Of a stretch of 64,000 nt of DNA, positions 1-8,744 are shown in pieces. The translations under genes were made by a program, and so were the position numbers. The DNA comes from an uncultured Methanosarcinales archaeon (lineage in GTDB: Archaea > Nanobdellota > Nanobdellia > Woesearchaeales > GW2011-AR9). Under the pieces are notes generated by a model. It was not told the origin of the DNA. It saw only the letters and a program-made list of their open reading frames with translations, and searched no databases. Numbering within the stretch: position 1 is the stretch's first letter; every line of letters starts with the position of its first letter. Where the stretch lies: assembly GCA_964527395.1 (NCBI GenBank), contig CAZGQD010000001.1, forward strand, positions 3,000-66,999. Reading direction: 5' to 3'.

Positions 1-1
1 T

Positions 2-733
2 AGACATTTGGAAACTTATGATGTGACAACTATTCGTAGCGCAACACCAATGTTTTTGATGGCAAGATACATTAAATCACTTGGAATAAAAGTAGTATTT
101 AGTGGAGAAGGGGCTGATGAAGTGTTTGGTGGTTATTTATACTTTCACATGGCACCTAGTGCTAAAGAACTTCATGAGGAAACTGTTAGAAAACTGAGCA
201 AATTAAGTAGATATGATTGTTTGCGTGCGAACAAGACTATGGCAGCTTGGGGGATTGAAGCTAGAGTTCCATTTTTAGGAAAGGATTTTTTGGACTATGC
301 AATGGGTTTTGATCCAAAAGCAAAAATGTGTAGTGATGGAAAAATGGAAAAAGATGTACTTAGGTCAGCTTTTAAAGGGTATCTTCCAGAATCTGTGCTT
401 TGGAGACAAAAGGAACAGTTTTCAGATGGAGTTGGCTATTCATGGATAGATTCGCTTAAGGCTTATGCTGAAATTTATGTAACAGATAAGATGATGCTTG
501 AAGCTGAGGATCGTTTTTTGATACAGCCACCAGAAACAAAAGAGGCGTATATGTTTAGGGAAATATTTGATGAATTGTTTCCTAGCGAAAGTGCAGCTTT
601 AACAGTAGAAGTTGGACCATCTATTGCTTGTAGTACACCAACAGCATATAGATGGAGTAAGCAGTTTGAAGGGATGTCAGATCCGTCAGGAAGAGCAGTA
701 TTTGTGCATAGCAAAGCTGTTAAGACTGTTTAG
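2..733 (+). CDS. asnB: Asparagine synthetase (glutamine-hydrolysing), C-terminal part; 5' end outside window
   Basis: Frame is open to the window edge. LETYDVTTIRSATPMFLMARYIKSLGIKVVFSGEGADEVFGGYLYFH matches the AsnB synthetase-domain signature. Confidence 0.85.
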   Translation, partial: RHLETYDVTTIRSATPMFLMARYIKSLGIKVVFSGEGADEVFGGYLYFHMAPSAKELHEETVRKLSKLSRYDCLRANKTMAAWGIEARVPFLGKDFLDYAMGFDPKAKMCSDGKMEKDVLRSAFKGYLPESVLWRQKEQFSDGVGYSWIDSLKAYAEIYVTDKMMLEAEDRFLIQPPETKEAYMFREIFDELFPSESAALTVEVGPSIACSTPTAYRWSKQFEGMSDPSGRAVFVHSKAVKTV

Positions 734-765
734 GGTTGATTTTTTTGTTTTTTTATTCAAAACCC

Positions 766-775
766 TTTTATAATA
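766..775 (+). promoter_or_regulatory. TATA box for asnS
   Basis: ttttataata about 25 nt upstream of ATG 796 (leaderless-type spacing). Confidence 0.5.
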
Positions 776-795
776 TTGAGTAGGAGAGATTAGTT

Positions 796-2103
796 ATGGT
801 AAGTGGAAAATATATTACAATCAAAGAAGCAATGGACAAAGGTTCAGGAGATGTAGCTGTTAGAGGATGGGTACATAGAGAACGTGGATCTTCCAAAATG
901 AAGTTCGTAGTACTTAGAGATACATCAGAAATAATTCAATGTATCTTTAAGAGAGACAGTTTTGATGATAGGTGGGATGCTATAGATAAACTTCAAGTAG
1001 AAGCAAGTATGACAATTGTGGGAGTGATCAAAAAGGATGAAAGAGCACCTAGTGGGTATGAAATTGAAGTAGTTGATTTTGAACTTGTGGGAGAGAGTAA
1101 TGAATTTCCAATCAATAAGGATGCAAGTAAAGAACATTTGGCAAACTTTCGTCATTTGCATTTACGTTCAAGAAAGATGGTTGCAATGCTGAAAATTCGT
1201 TCAACTGTATTTGGAGCTATTGATTCGTATTTCAAAGGTGCTGGGTTTTATGAATATCATTCACCAATATTTCAAGCAGTACAATGTGAAGGTGGATCTG
1301 ATTTATTTCATGTAGATTATTTTGGGAAGAAGGATGAAGTGTTTTTAGGACAGACATGGCAATTATATGCAGAACCAGCAATCTTTGCACTAGAAAAATT
1401 GTATACCATATCTCCTTCATTTAGAGCTGAGAAAAGTAAGACTAGTAGACATCTAACAGAATATTGGCATGCTGAAATGGAAATGGCATGGGCAGATTTT
1501 GATGATATTATTAGTCATGGAGAAGCTTTATTGAAATTTATTTTTAAGACTGTGCTTGAGAAACATGAAGAGGATCTTAAGATCTTGGGTCGTGACATTA
1601 GTAAGTTGAAGCCTATTGTAGAAAAGCCGTTTATTCGAATGACTTATACTGAGGCACTTAAGATTTTGAAAGAGAAGTGTGGAATGGATATTGAATGGGG
1701 TAAAGATTTACGAACAATTGAAGAAGAGAAATTGTCTGAACTTTATGATGTTCCAATTATTTGTACACATTATCCTAAAGCTGTTAAGGCTTTTTATATG
1801 ACTGTTGATAAGGAAGATCCTAGAACTGTACTTGGCTGTGACTTTTTAGCACCAGAAGGGTATGGAGAAATCATTGGAGGGTCACAGCGTGAAGCAGATA
1901 TTGAATCTGTGAAGCAGCGACTTGTTGAGGATGGAGAAGATCCTAGCGAATATGAGTTTTATTTAGATACCCGTAGATATGGTTCAGTTCCACATGGTGG
2001 ATTTGGACTAGGAGTTGAGCGAGTGATTCGATGGGTATGTGGACTTGAGACTATCAAAGATGCAATTCCATTTCCACGAACAATGGAGAGGTATAAGCCT
2101 TAA
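796..2103 (+). CDS. asnS: Asparaginyl-tRNA synthetase (archaeal type)
   Basis: Class IIb motifs PSFRAEKSKTSRHLTEYWH, KAFYM, LAPEGYGEIIGGSQRE and YLDTRRYGSVPHGGFGLGVERV. TATA-like ttttataata lies about 25 nt upstream. Confidence 0.93.
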   Translation: MVSGKYITIKEAMDKGSGDVAVRGWVHRERGSSKMKFVVLRDTSEIIQCIFKRDSFDDRWDAIDKLQVEASMTIVGVIKKDERAPSGYEIEVVDFELVGESNEFPINKDASKEHLANFRHLHLRSRKMVAMLKIRSTVFGAIDSYFKGAGFYEYHSPIFQAVQCEGGSDLFHVDYFGKKDEVFLGQTWQLYAEPAIFALEKLYTISPSFRAEKSKTSRHLTEYWHAEMEMAWADFDDIISHGEALLKFIFKTVLEKHEEDLKILGRDISKLKPIVEKPFIRMTYTEALKILKEKCGMDIEWGKDLRTIEEEKLSELYDVPIICTHYPKAVKAFYMTVDKEDPRTVLGCDFLAPEGYGEIIGGSQREADIESVKQRLVEDGEDPSEYEFYLDTRRYGSVPHGGFGLGVERVIRWVCGLETIKDAIPFPRTMERYKP

Positions 2104-2185
2104 GTGAGGGTTTTAGAATCTTTTTTTCTTCGTTTTTTGGCTTTGTTTTTTAGGTATTTTGGTTTCTAGAAGCGTGGTTTTTATG

Positions 2186-3025
2186 TTACTTAGCTGCTTG
2201 TGCTTCTTGTTGTATTTTTTCAATTGCTTCTTTGAGTGGTGTTATTGGAACACCTTGCCAGTTGTCTGGTCCGTTGTATCTAGCATGTTCTTCTGCTTCA
2301 GGACTGTAGAAAATTAAATCTTCTAGAAGAGTAATATCTCTTGTGTGTAAGTCTAGTTCAGAAACAGTTTGGTATAGACACTTATTAATGAATCCTCCTC
2401 CAATTAGTAGCTGTCTATTGGCAAAGGCAAAAGCTTCATTAGGAAATTGAAGATCTCCTTTATCTGCTTTAGTAACTATAACTCTATCAACTAAACCTTG
2501 TTCGACTAAGTGTGCTGTCCCAAAAGGATAATGATCTGCTGTTTCAAATACTACTCTTGATAATCCTAAGGTTTTTGCTTGTTTTAGAGTTTCAATACTT
2601 TTTTTGCCAATATCTCTAACTTCTTCCCTATATCTTCCTGAACCAGTTCTGTAGTGACATATTTGTGCATAAAATGGATGAACAAAAGCTAAAACTTGAT
2701 TTTTGAGAGGAGTTTGGATACAGTTATTGTTGTATGCGTGAGCAAGAGTTAGGTTTAAAGTACTTGTTCCAGATTCGCTATTATAGTTTGATCTACTTGT
2801 TTTTCTGTTTTTTGCTCTAGCTTCAAGCAAATCTCTGAATGGTTTGAAAAAAGGTGGAATTGATAATCTTGGTGAAAGTGGGAGACCTAAAGTTTCGTGG
2901 AGTTCAGGATCATAAGTAGTTATCCGCGAGCAAGCTCTTGGAAATCCTTGATTTCCAGATGCATAATGCTGAGCATTCTGCACTCTTGGGACTTGCTTTG
3001 TATACTCATCAAGTATTTGAGACAT
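2186..3025 (-). CDS. Hypothetical protein (start moved to internal ATG; carries a hairpin repeat element in frame)
   Basis: Long ORF. ATG at 3025 sits about 28 nt downstream of a minus-strand TATA (cttttataaaaaaa, 3047-3059). No family recognised. Confidence 0.5.
   Translation of the reverse strand: MSQILDEYTKQVPRVQNAQHYASGNQGFPRACSRITTYDPELHETLGLPLSPRLSIPPFFKPFRDLLEARAKNRKTSRSNYNSESGTSTLNLTLAHAYNNNCIQTPLKNQVLAFVHPFYAQICHYRTGSGRYREEVRDIGKKSIETLKQAKTLGLSRVVFETADHYPFGTAHLVEQGLVDRVIVTKADKGDLQFPNEAFAFANRQLLIGGGFINKCLYQTVSELDLHTRDITLLEDLIFYSPEAEEHARYNGPDNWQGVPITPLKEAIEKIQQEAQAAK
2923..2996 (+). repeat. Family B hairpin element, triple-hairpin variant, inside the minus-strand ORF 2186..3025
   Basis: tccgcgagcaagctcttggaaatccttgatttccagatgcataatgctgagcattctgcactcttgggacttgc aligns with 8606-8682. 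Read through as ..HYASGNQGFPRACSRI... Confidence 0.7.
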
Positions 3026-3046
3026 AATTTTTGTTTTATTTTGAAG

Positions 3047-3059
3047 TTTTTTTATAAAA
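3047..3059 (-). promoter_or_regulatory. TATA box for 2186..3025
   Basis: Minus strand reads cttttataaaaaaa, about 28 nt upstream of ATG 3025. Confidence 0.5.
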
Positions 3060-3132
3060 GTGAGTAGGATTTTGTGGATTTTGCTAATTTGTTTGAGAAA
3101 TATTAAAAAATAAGATTTCTTGTAGAACTGCA

Positions 3133-3654
3133 ATGGTACTTGATTTTGAATGTTTGTTGTCAGATTCACTAGATTCTATTGGGTTCTCTGGTGAGAAACA
3201 TGAGTTTTTGGTACATGATGGGTCTGTTCATGAAATAAATCCGCAGTGTTCTATGATGCTTGATAGATATTCTACTGCCCTTCATGGAGTTGTAGATCAT
3301 GTGAATGGTCGTTATTCTGCTGTTTTTGGTGAAGGGAAGGGTTTTGATCTCTTGAATTGGGTTAGGCACAATAATTATGACGAATTGGCCTATTTTTTGT
3401 CAGAAACAGGTAATAATTGTCTTAATCATAGTCAGAATCTGGCTCCACATAAGATTTTTTTGTATCTGGGATCTAAGGGGTTTGTAGTGGCGGTGGAGCA
3501 TGAAGGGGAGGGTTTTGATGCAAAAAAAGTGGATTTTAAGGGAATTTATCAGAATGAAGGGGCGGCTTTTGACTTTTATAGAGGTTGTGGGTCAAAAGTG
3601 TTTTTTGATGATAAAAATGAAGCTAAAGTGGTATTTATGGAGTTTTTGCTTTAA
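3133..3654 (+). CDS. Hypothetical protein (weak GHKL/HATPase-like HEGEGFD motif)
   Basis: ORF with a TATA-like aaatattaaaaaataa about 25 nt upstream. The motif resemblance alone is weak. Confidence 0.4.
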   Translation: MVLDFECLLSDSLDSIGFSGEKHEFLVHDGSVHEINPQCSMMLDRYSTALHGVVDHVNGRYSAVFGEGKGFDLLNWVRHNNYDELAYFLSETGNNCLNHSQNLAPHKIFLYLGSKGFVVAVEHEGEGFDAKKVDFKGIYQNEGAAFDFYRGCGSKVFFDDKNEAKVVFMEFLL

Positions 3655-3843
3655 AAAGGGAAAAAAAAGGGAAAATAGAGAAAATAAGCGATAGATTTAA
3701 ATAGCGCTGCTAATAAAATGGGGTTTAGAACACTATAATTCTGATCATGACTTATATTGGTTGTATTATAGAGTTTGAAAAATTATGGAAATCTTCAAAT
3801 TGGGTTTTCAAGTAAGAAAAAAGCATAAAAGAGTGAATAAAAC

Positions 3844-4116
3844 ATGAAAGGAACAGTAAAATTTTTTAACAGTGGCAAAGGATACGGCTTTGTTAGTGCA
3901 GAAGACGGAAAAGACTATTTTGTACATTTGTCTGGTATTTTAAACAATGCTAGATTAAGAGATGGTGACGCAGTTAACTTCGAAATCGAAGACGGAGACC
4001 GTGGACCAAAAGCAGTTAACGTTACACTTGCAGAAGGTGGAGATTCAGATTCAAACGATGAAGAAGCTCCAGCTCAAGAAGAATCAGCTGAAGAAGCAGA
4101 TTCAGATGAAGAATAA
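3844..4116 (+). CDS. Cold-shock domain protein with acidic Ser/Asp/Glu C-terminal tail
   Basis: MKGTVKFFNSGKGYGFVSAEDGKDYFVH is the canonical CSD RNP1/RNP2 region. The last ~30 aa are D/E/S-rich. Confidence 0.9.
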   Translation: MKGTVKFFNSGKGYGFVSAEDGKDYFVHLSGILNNARLRDGDAVNFEIEDGDRGPKAVNVTLAEGGDSDSNDEEAPAQEESAEEADSDEE

Positions 4117-4184
4117 ATATTAATATATTCTTTTGATTCTTTTTAATTTTTTATTTTAATATTATCTTTTGAATTGTGTGGAAA

Positions 4185-5240
4185 ATGTATATTCTAAAAC
4201 AAATATGTTCTGATTTTGTTGTTGAAGAAATTGCTGATTTTGATATAGATTTATTATCATTGGATCGGAAAAAATATAGTTATTATAGCTTAGAAAAAAG
4301 AGATATTTCGCACTTTTTAGCTTTAAAAATAGTTTCTAAAAAGTTAGCTGTTAGTGTTAAAGATATTAATTATAGCGGAACTAAAGATAAGAAAGCTAGA
4401 ACTATGCAATATATTAGTGTGAGAGCTGGGAAGAAATATTCAGTGCCTCAGGAAATTGGTAATAATATTAAGTTGGAGTTTTTAGGATATTTTGGTAATC
4501 CACTTAGTTTAGGTTCACATCAAGGAAACAAATTTACAATTGTAGTTCGTGGATTGGAAAAAGGAAAATATGTTGTTGATCGTGAGAAGAAATATTTTTT
4601 GAATTATTTTGATTCGCAACGATTTTCTAAGAATAACATTTCCATTGGAAAAAGTTTATTGCTTAAAGATTTTTCATCTGCTGCAAAATTAATAGATGAT
4701 GTTCGTGTTCAAGAATGTCTTTTGGACTATCCAAGTCAGCCAGTTAAAGCGATTAGTTTACTTAGTAGAAAAGAGATTTCATTGTATTTGCATGCATACC
4801 AAAGTTATTTGTTTAATGAAACTTTAAGGAAATTTGTAGAGGAGAAATGTGATGAGGGATCTGTTTTGTCTTTGGATTTTTCATTTGGGAAATTGGCTTT
4901 TGTGAGTGATGAAAGTGTTTTTAAGGATTATTTAGATTTAGAAGTCTCTTTGCCTGGGTTTTTAGAACTTAGGAGTTCAGATTCTTTGATTAATTCGATT
5001 CAAAAAGAGCTTTTGGTAGCTGAGGCTGTTTGTTCTAGGGATTTTATTATTAAGCAGTTTTCTAACTTAAGTGTAGAAGGGACTTTGAGGCCAATGCTTG
5101 CTGAAGTTAAGAATTTTGAAGTAGTGGAAGTTAGTGAGGATGAGTTGAACCCTGGCAAAGAAAAAGTTTGTGTTTCTTTTGAATTGGGCAAAGGGTCTTA
5201 TGCTACAATGCTAATTAAGCAGATAGTTAGGAAGAAGTGA
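4185..5240 (+). CDS. truD: tRNA pseudouridine synthase TruD/Pus7 family
   Basis: SGTKDKKARTMQYISV matches the TruD catalytic GxKD motif, and the size is typical. The start could instead be GTG at 4176. Confidence 0.8.
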   Translation: MYILKQICSDFVVEEIADFDIDLLSLDRKKYSYYSLEKRDISHFLALKIVSKKLAVSVKDINYSGTKDKKARTMQYISVRAGKKYSVPQEIGNNIKLEFLGYFGNPLSLGSHQGNKFTIVVRGLEKGKYVVDREKKYFLNYFDSQRFSKNNISIGKSLLLKDFSSAAKLIDDVRVQECLLDYPSQPVKAISLLSRKEISLYLHAYQSYLFNETLRKFVEEKCDEGSVLSLDFSFGKLAFVSDESVFKDYLDLEVSLPGFLELRSSDSLINSIQKELLVAEAVCSRDFIIKQFSNLSVEGTLRPMLAEVKNFEVVEVSEDELNPGKEKVCVSFELGKGSYATMLIKQIVRKK

Positions 5241-5291
5241 AGATTTTTTAGATTAAGATTATTGAAAATTTAGAAAATAAAAAAAATTAGT

Positions 5292-5759
5292 TTAATAAAT
5301 TGAAAATGCTGGATACCTTTTACCTAGGTGGCCAACTGTTGCTAAGTCAACACCAATTTCTTGTTTTAAAGCAGCTTTGAGACCGTTTGCTTCTAATGAT
5401 ACTTTGAATTCATCTTGTTGTAAAATGTATTTTTGATTTGCGCTTAGTTCTATCTCTTTACCAATTTTATCATAAAAAGTAAGTTCGTAAGTGTTTACTT
5501 TTAGATTGTAGATAGTGAATTCTTGCTTTAGGGTTGCTAAGGTATCTACTAATTCACAACTATTATTACAGTCAGTCATTAAATCAACATTGGTGTTAAT
5601 TTGTTGTTCAACTGCCCACTCCATTTGGATTGCTTGACCTTGAGCTGGGAAATCTTGAGAAAACCATACCAAAGTTACTAAAACTAAAACTCCAATAATA
5701 CCAACAAGAACAGTTTTTTCTTTTTCTGGTGTTAAAATGTGTGTTACTTTTGCCATCAT
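5292..5759 (-). CDS. Hypothetical membrane-anchored protein
   Basis: N-terminal hydrophobic helix (VLVGIIGVLVLVTLVWF). No family recognised. Confidence 0.5.
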   Translation of the reverse strand: MMAKVTHILTPEKEKTVLVGIIGVLVLVTLVWFSQDFPAQGQAIQMEWAVEQQINTNVDLMTDCNNSCELVDTLATLKQEFTIYNLKVNTYELTFYDKIGKEIELSANQKYILQQDEFKVSLEANGLKAALKQEIGVDLATVGHLGKRYPAFSIY

Positions 5760-5872
5760 ATAAACCTCATGGTTTTAGAAAGAAGTTAGGGTTTTTATTT
5801 GTTACTACTTTATCGTTCATTACTGAATAGTGGTTATTTGCAGTAAAGTTTATAAATGAGGGTGTTTTTTAG

Positions 5873-6448
5873 GTGTTTATGGCTATAGATATTAGTTCAA
5901 GCTTGGAAAAAGTAGTAAGATATATGGATTTAGCAGTTAGTAATCCAGGTGATTTTTTCAATAGTGGAAGGTTTGATTTTGTTTCTAGAGTGCTTGAATC
6001 TTGTGCTGGTAATGAAGATTTGACTGAAAATGATTATAGGACTATTACAGATGTTTATAGGGTTGCAGTTATGAATAGAGATCGTGTTCCTGAAGGATTT
6101 GTTGGGAAAGTGATGAATTATGTTCAAAATGCAGGATGGGGAAGAGTACATCTAGGAGCAGGTTCAGAAAGAGAAGATGAAGAAAAAACAGTGACTCAAA
6201 GAAGGGCATTAGTTGAAGTTGAATGGGATATTATGGATGAAGTTTTGCCTGGACCAGAAGTGATTTACAAAAGAAGTCCAGAATTTCCAGAGGGTCATGT
6301 ATTGGAAGGATATATTATCCCTAGGCAAGTAGAAGAATCTGTGACTATTAGAAATAGGTATGGAATGCTTGTTGTTGTAGATGGAGTTTCACCAGATGTA
6401 ACTAGTTTGAATACAACTGTTGATGAGGATTTACCTTCTTATATCTAA
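5873..6448 (+). CDS. Hypothetical protein
   Basis: ORF preceded by tttataaa at 5849-5856. No family recognised. Confidence 0.5.
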   Translation: MFMAIDISSSLEKVVRYMDLAVSNPGDFFNSGRFDFVSRVLESCAGNEDLTENDYRTITDVYRVAVMNRDRVPEGFVGKVMNYVQNAGWGRVHLGAGSEREDEEKTVTQRRALVEVEWDIMDEVLPGPEVIYKRSPEFPEGHVLEGYIIPRQVEESVTIRNRYGMLVVVDGVSPDVTSLNTTVDEDLPSYI

Positions 6449-6452
6449 TAAT

Positions 6453-7022
6453 CTAGAAACCTTTATTTTTTAGAGCGTTGCTTACTTGATCTAGAACTTC
6501 TCTTTTGGTTAAGCTTGCATCAATTGTGATTAAGATGTTTTCTTTTTTGTAGAATTCTTTTAGAGGTTCAGTTTTTTCTTGGTACTCAATGAACCTTTTT
6601 TTCATGGTTTCTTTGTTATCGTCAGATCTTAGTTTTTGTCCAGCTTCTTTAGTTTCGTTCACTCTATTGTTGAGTCTGTCAAAAGCAGTTTCAAAGTCAA
6701 TATCAAACATGAAAACAATGTCTAAATTTTCTCCACTTGCTTGGAAGGCTTGTGCTTGAGCTATAGTTCTTGGAAAACCGTCAAGAATATAGTTCTCTTT
6801 TTCGCCAAGTTGTGCGCCAACAATACCTAAAACAATATCGTCTGGAACTAATTTACCATCGTCCATGAATTTTTTGGCCATTATTCCAATTTCGCTTTCT
6901 TTTTTGATCTCTGCTCTGAATGCGTCACCAGTGGATAAATGAAATAGTTCGTATTTTTCAACAATTTTGTCTCTAACAGTACTTTTTCCAGCTCCAGGAG
7001 GGCCTAATAATGTGATTTTCAT
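6453..7022 (-). CDS. adk: Adenylate kinase (bacterial/eukaryal short type)
   Basis: MKITLLGPPGAGKSTV P-loop, GFPRTIAQA and LSTGDAFR motifs. Confidence 0.9.
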   Translation of the reverse strand: MKITLLGPPGAGKSTVRDKIVEKYELFHLSTGDAFRAEIKKESEIGIMAKKFMDDGKLVPDDIVLGIVGAQLGEKENYILDGFPRTIAQAQAFQASGENLDIVFMFDIDFETAFDRLNNRVNETKEAGQKLRSDDNKETMKKRFIEYQEKTEPLKEFYKKENILITIDASLTKREVLDQVSNALKNKGF

Positions 7023-7150
7023 AGGTTTTATGAGGTTTTGTATGCTTTATAAGGGTTTTGGCAATAGAATAGAAATTTTTATTGCCAACCTTTGTTCATT
7101 ACATTCACAAGGTTTTGCTCTGATTTGTTTTTATAAGGCAATAGGTTTTG

Positions 7151-7414
7151 TAGAAATCCTCAAACGGGGCGAGGCCAATGTCGAGCAAAGCTCTCCTAGC
7201 TTATTTATCCTCAAAGATTTTTCGGGACTTGACTATTCGCCAAGTTTCCAAGGAAAAATAAATGAAGAGGCTCTTCTCCGCGTTCATGGAAACCAAGGCT
7301 TTCCAGACGCATAATCAAAGATTTTGCATTCGTTCGTACCTCACTCAGGTCGAATGATCAAGCTCTATTGAAGAAGGTCTCTTTTTTGCGTAGGCGCCCC
7401 CGAGAGGATTTCTA
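7151..7414 (+). repeat. Long composite hairpin element (family L, full-length copy), closed by an 11-bp outer helix and a GGGGCG/CGCCCC inner helix
   Basis: tagaaatcctc (7151-7161) pairs perfectly with gaggatttcta (7404-7414), and ggggcg (7165-7170) pairs with cgcccc. The interior holds module 7171-7216 (also in the radB 5' region) and a family B double hairpin at 7283-7332. Confidence 0.7.
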
Positions 7415-7460
7415 TAGAGTCAGGCAACAGGAAGTTTTATAAGAAGGACTTTGCGTTTTT

Positions 7461-8018
7461 GTGCTTATGAATAGATTTTCACGTGATCGGAAGCCACTTA
7501 GTTTGTCTCAAATGAAAGTACAAATTGGGAAATTAGAGACTCGTCTTGAAACTGAGGCGCTTAAGTTTTCTGAGGAAAAAAAGCTTCGTGGTCAAGTTAG
7601 AGATATGAAGAAAAAGGCTGAGAAGATGGCTAAATCTTATGTAGCTCGTAAAAGGGTTTCTAATCAGCAGAATAAGGGAAGTTTTGATAAGCCTGAATTT
7701 GATTTGAAATCTGGGATTGGAATTTTAATTAAGAATGATAGAATGAAGCGTGGAATGAATCAAGAAGATTTTGCTTCATTTATTTCTGAGAGGCTTAGTA
7801 TTTTACAAAAGTGGGAAGTTGGGTCAATGAGACCTAGTATAGATGTTGCTAAAAGGCTTCAAAAGAAATTAGGGGTTACTTTGTTAGAAAAACAAGGTAG
7901 CAATGAAGAAGCTGAAACTGAAGCAGATAAGTTCTTAGAATCATTAGGGTCTAAAGCTGGCAAAAAGAAAGAAGCTACTTTAGGGGATATGATCAAAATC
8001 AAAATTAGAAAGAAATAG
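7461..8018 (+). CDS. MBF1-like HTH (XRE-type) protein with coiled-coil N-terminus
   Basis: C-terminal LIKNDRMKRGMNQEDFASFISERLSILQKWEVGSMRPSIDVAKRLQKKLGVTL resembles the aMBF1 HTH. TATA at 7435-7444. Confidence 0.65.
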   Translation: MLMNRFSRDRKPLSLSQMKVQIGKLETRLETEALKFSEEKKLRGQVRDMKKKAEKMAKSYVARKRVSNQQNKGSFDKPEFDLKSGIGILIKNDRMKRGMNQEDFASFISERLSILQKWEVGSMRPSIDVAKRLQKKLGVTLLEKQGSNEEAETEADKFLESLGSKAGKKKEATLGDMIKIKIRKK

Positions 8019-8085
8019 TTGTTTTGTGGAGTTTTCTTTTATGATGTTTAGTGTTTTAATTAGTTTTATTATTGTGATGTTTAGA

Positions 8086-8562
8086 TTATAAGAGATAAAT
8101 AAGTAGTGTTGCTATGATTAATCCTAATATTGTTCCTGCATTGACGTCTGCTAAATCGTGTTTTTTAAGTTTGATTCTGCTCCATGCTATGAAACTGGCT
8201 GCTGTGATTAAAAGGATCCATGTGCCTATGGTGTTGAAAAAGTTTGCAAAAGTTACTGCTAAAAAAAAAGCTTTAGTTGTGTGGACGGAAGGAAAACTGC
8301 TGGCGTGCATTTTGCCAACAAAACTAGTGAAAGGAACTTTTTTTGGTCTGTTTTTGAAATGAATCATTCTAGCTAAGATACTAATTAACATAATTAGAAA
8401 GAAACCTATTGTTAAGTTGATTGTTAGTTGGTATTCTTTGATCAATAATGTGAATAAGGTTAGAGCTGCGTAAAATGTGGTTCCACCAAATGTAGTTACG
8501 TCTCTTACAAAACTTTGAAAGAAATCATTATAAACAGGATCTTGTTTGTTTTTGTTTGTCAT
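8086..8562 (-). CDS. PAP2-family phosphatase (membrane)
   Basis: All three PAP2 motifs are present: KNRPKK, SFPSVHT and SRIKLKKHDLADV. Multiple TM helices. Confidence 0.75.
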   Translation of the reverse strand: MTNKNKQDPVYNDFFQSFVRDVTTFGGTTFYAALTLFTLLIKEYQLTINLTIGFFLIMLISILARMIHFKNRPKKVPFTSFVGKMHASSFPSVHTTKAFFLAVTFANFFNTIGTWILLITAASFIAWSRIKLKKHDLADVNAGTILGLIIATLLIYLL

Positions 8563-8605
8563 CTTGATAAAGTTAAATAAATTTTTTGAGTTTATAATAG
8601 TTGTG

Positions 8606-8682
8606 TCCGCGAGCTTTGCTTATGGAAATCAAGGATTTCTAGATGTAGAATAAAGAATTTTGCACTTCTAGGACTTGGTTGC
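8606..8682 (+). repeat. Family B hairpin element, triple-hairpin variant (intergenic copy)
   Basis: tccgcgagctttgcttatggaaatcaaggatttctagatgtagaataaagaattttgcacttctaggacttgg aligns along its length with 2923-2996. Confidence 0.7.
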
Positions 8683-8744
8683 ACTAAGCTTTGTTTAGGT
8701 TCTGGGTTTAATAGTTTCTTTGGTCCAGGCGAAATAGGCAAAAT

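Noticed and set aside
475-714. Numerous 60-140-aa ORFs antisense to or overlapping well-supported genes (e.g. 475..714, 925..1161, 22060..22422, 47648..47971, 62000..62929)
   Set aside because: They lie entirely within longer, homology-supported or better-supported ORFs on the other strand or frame, and have low-complexity or atypical composition. Treated as six-frame noise.
6967-7314. Six-frame ORF (115 aa) across the adk-MBF1 spacer
   Set aside because: It starts antisense inside adk and runs through the composite hairpin element. Its HGNQGFPDA and EANVEQSSP segments are just translations of repeat modules. No promoter or start context.
7151-7414. SRP RNA or RNase P RNA (GC-rich, ~260 nt, closed by a long-range helix)
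   Set aside because: I could not find RNase P CR-I/CR-V-type or SRP helix-8-type conserved motifs. The interior is shared with dispersed repeats and with a shorter second copy. An Infernal scan would be decisive.
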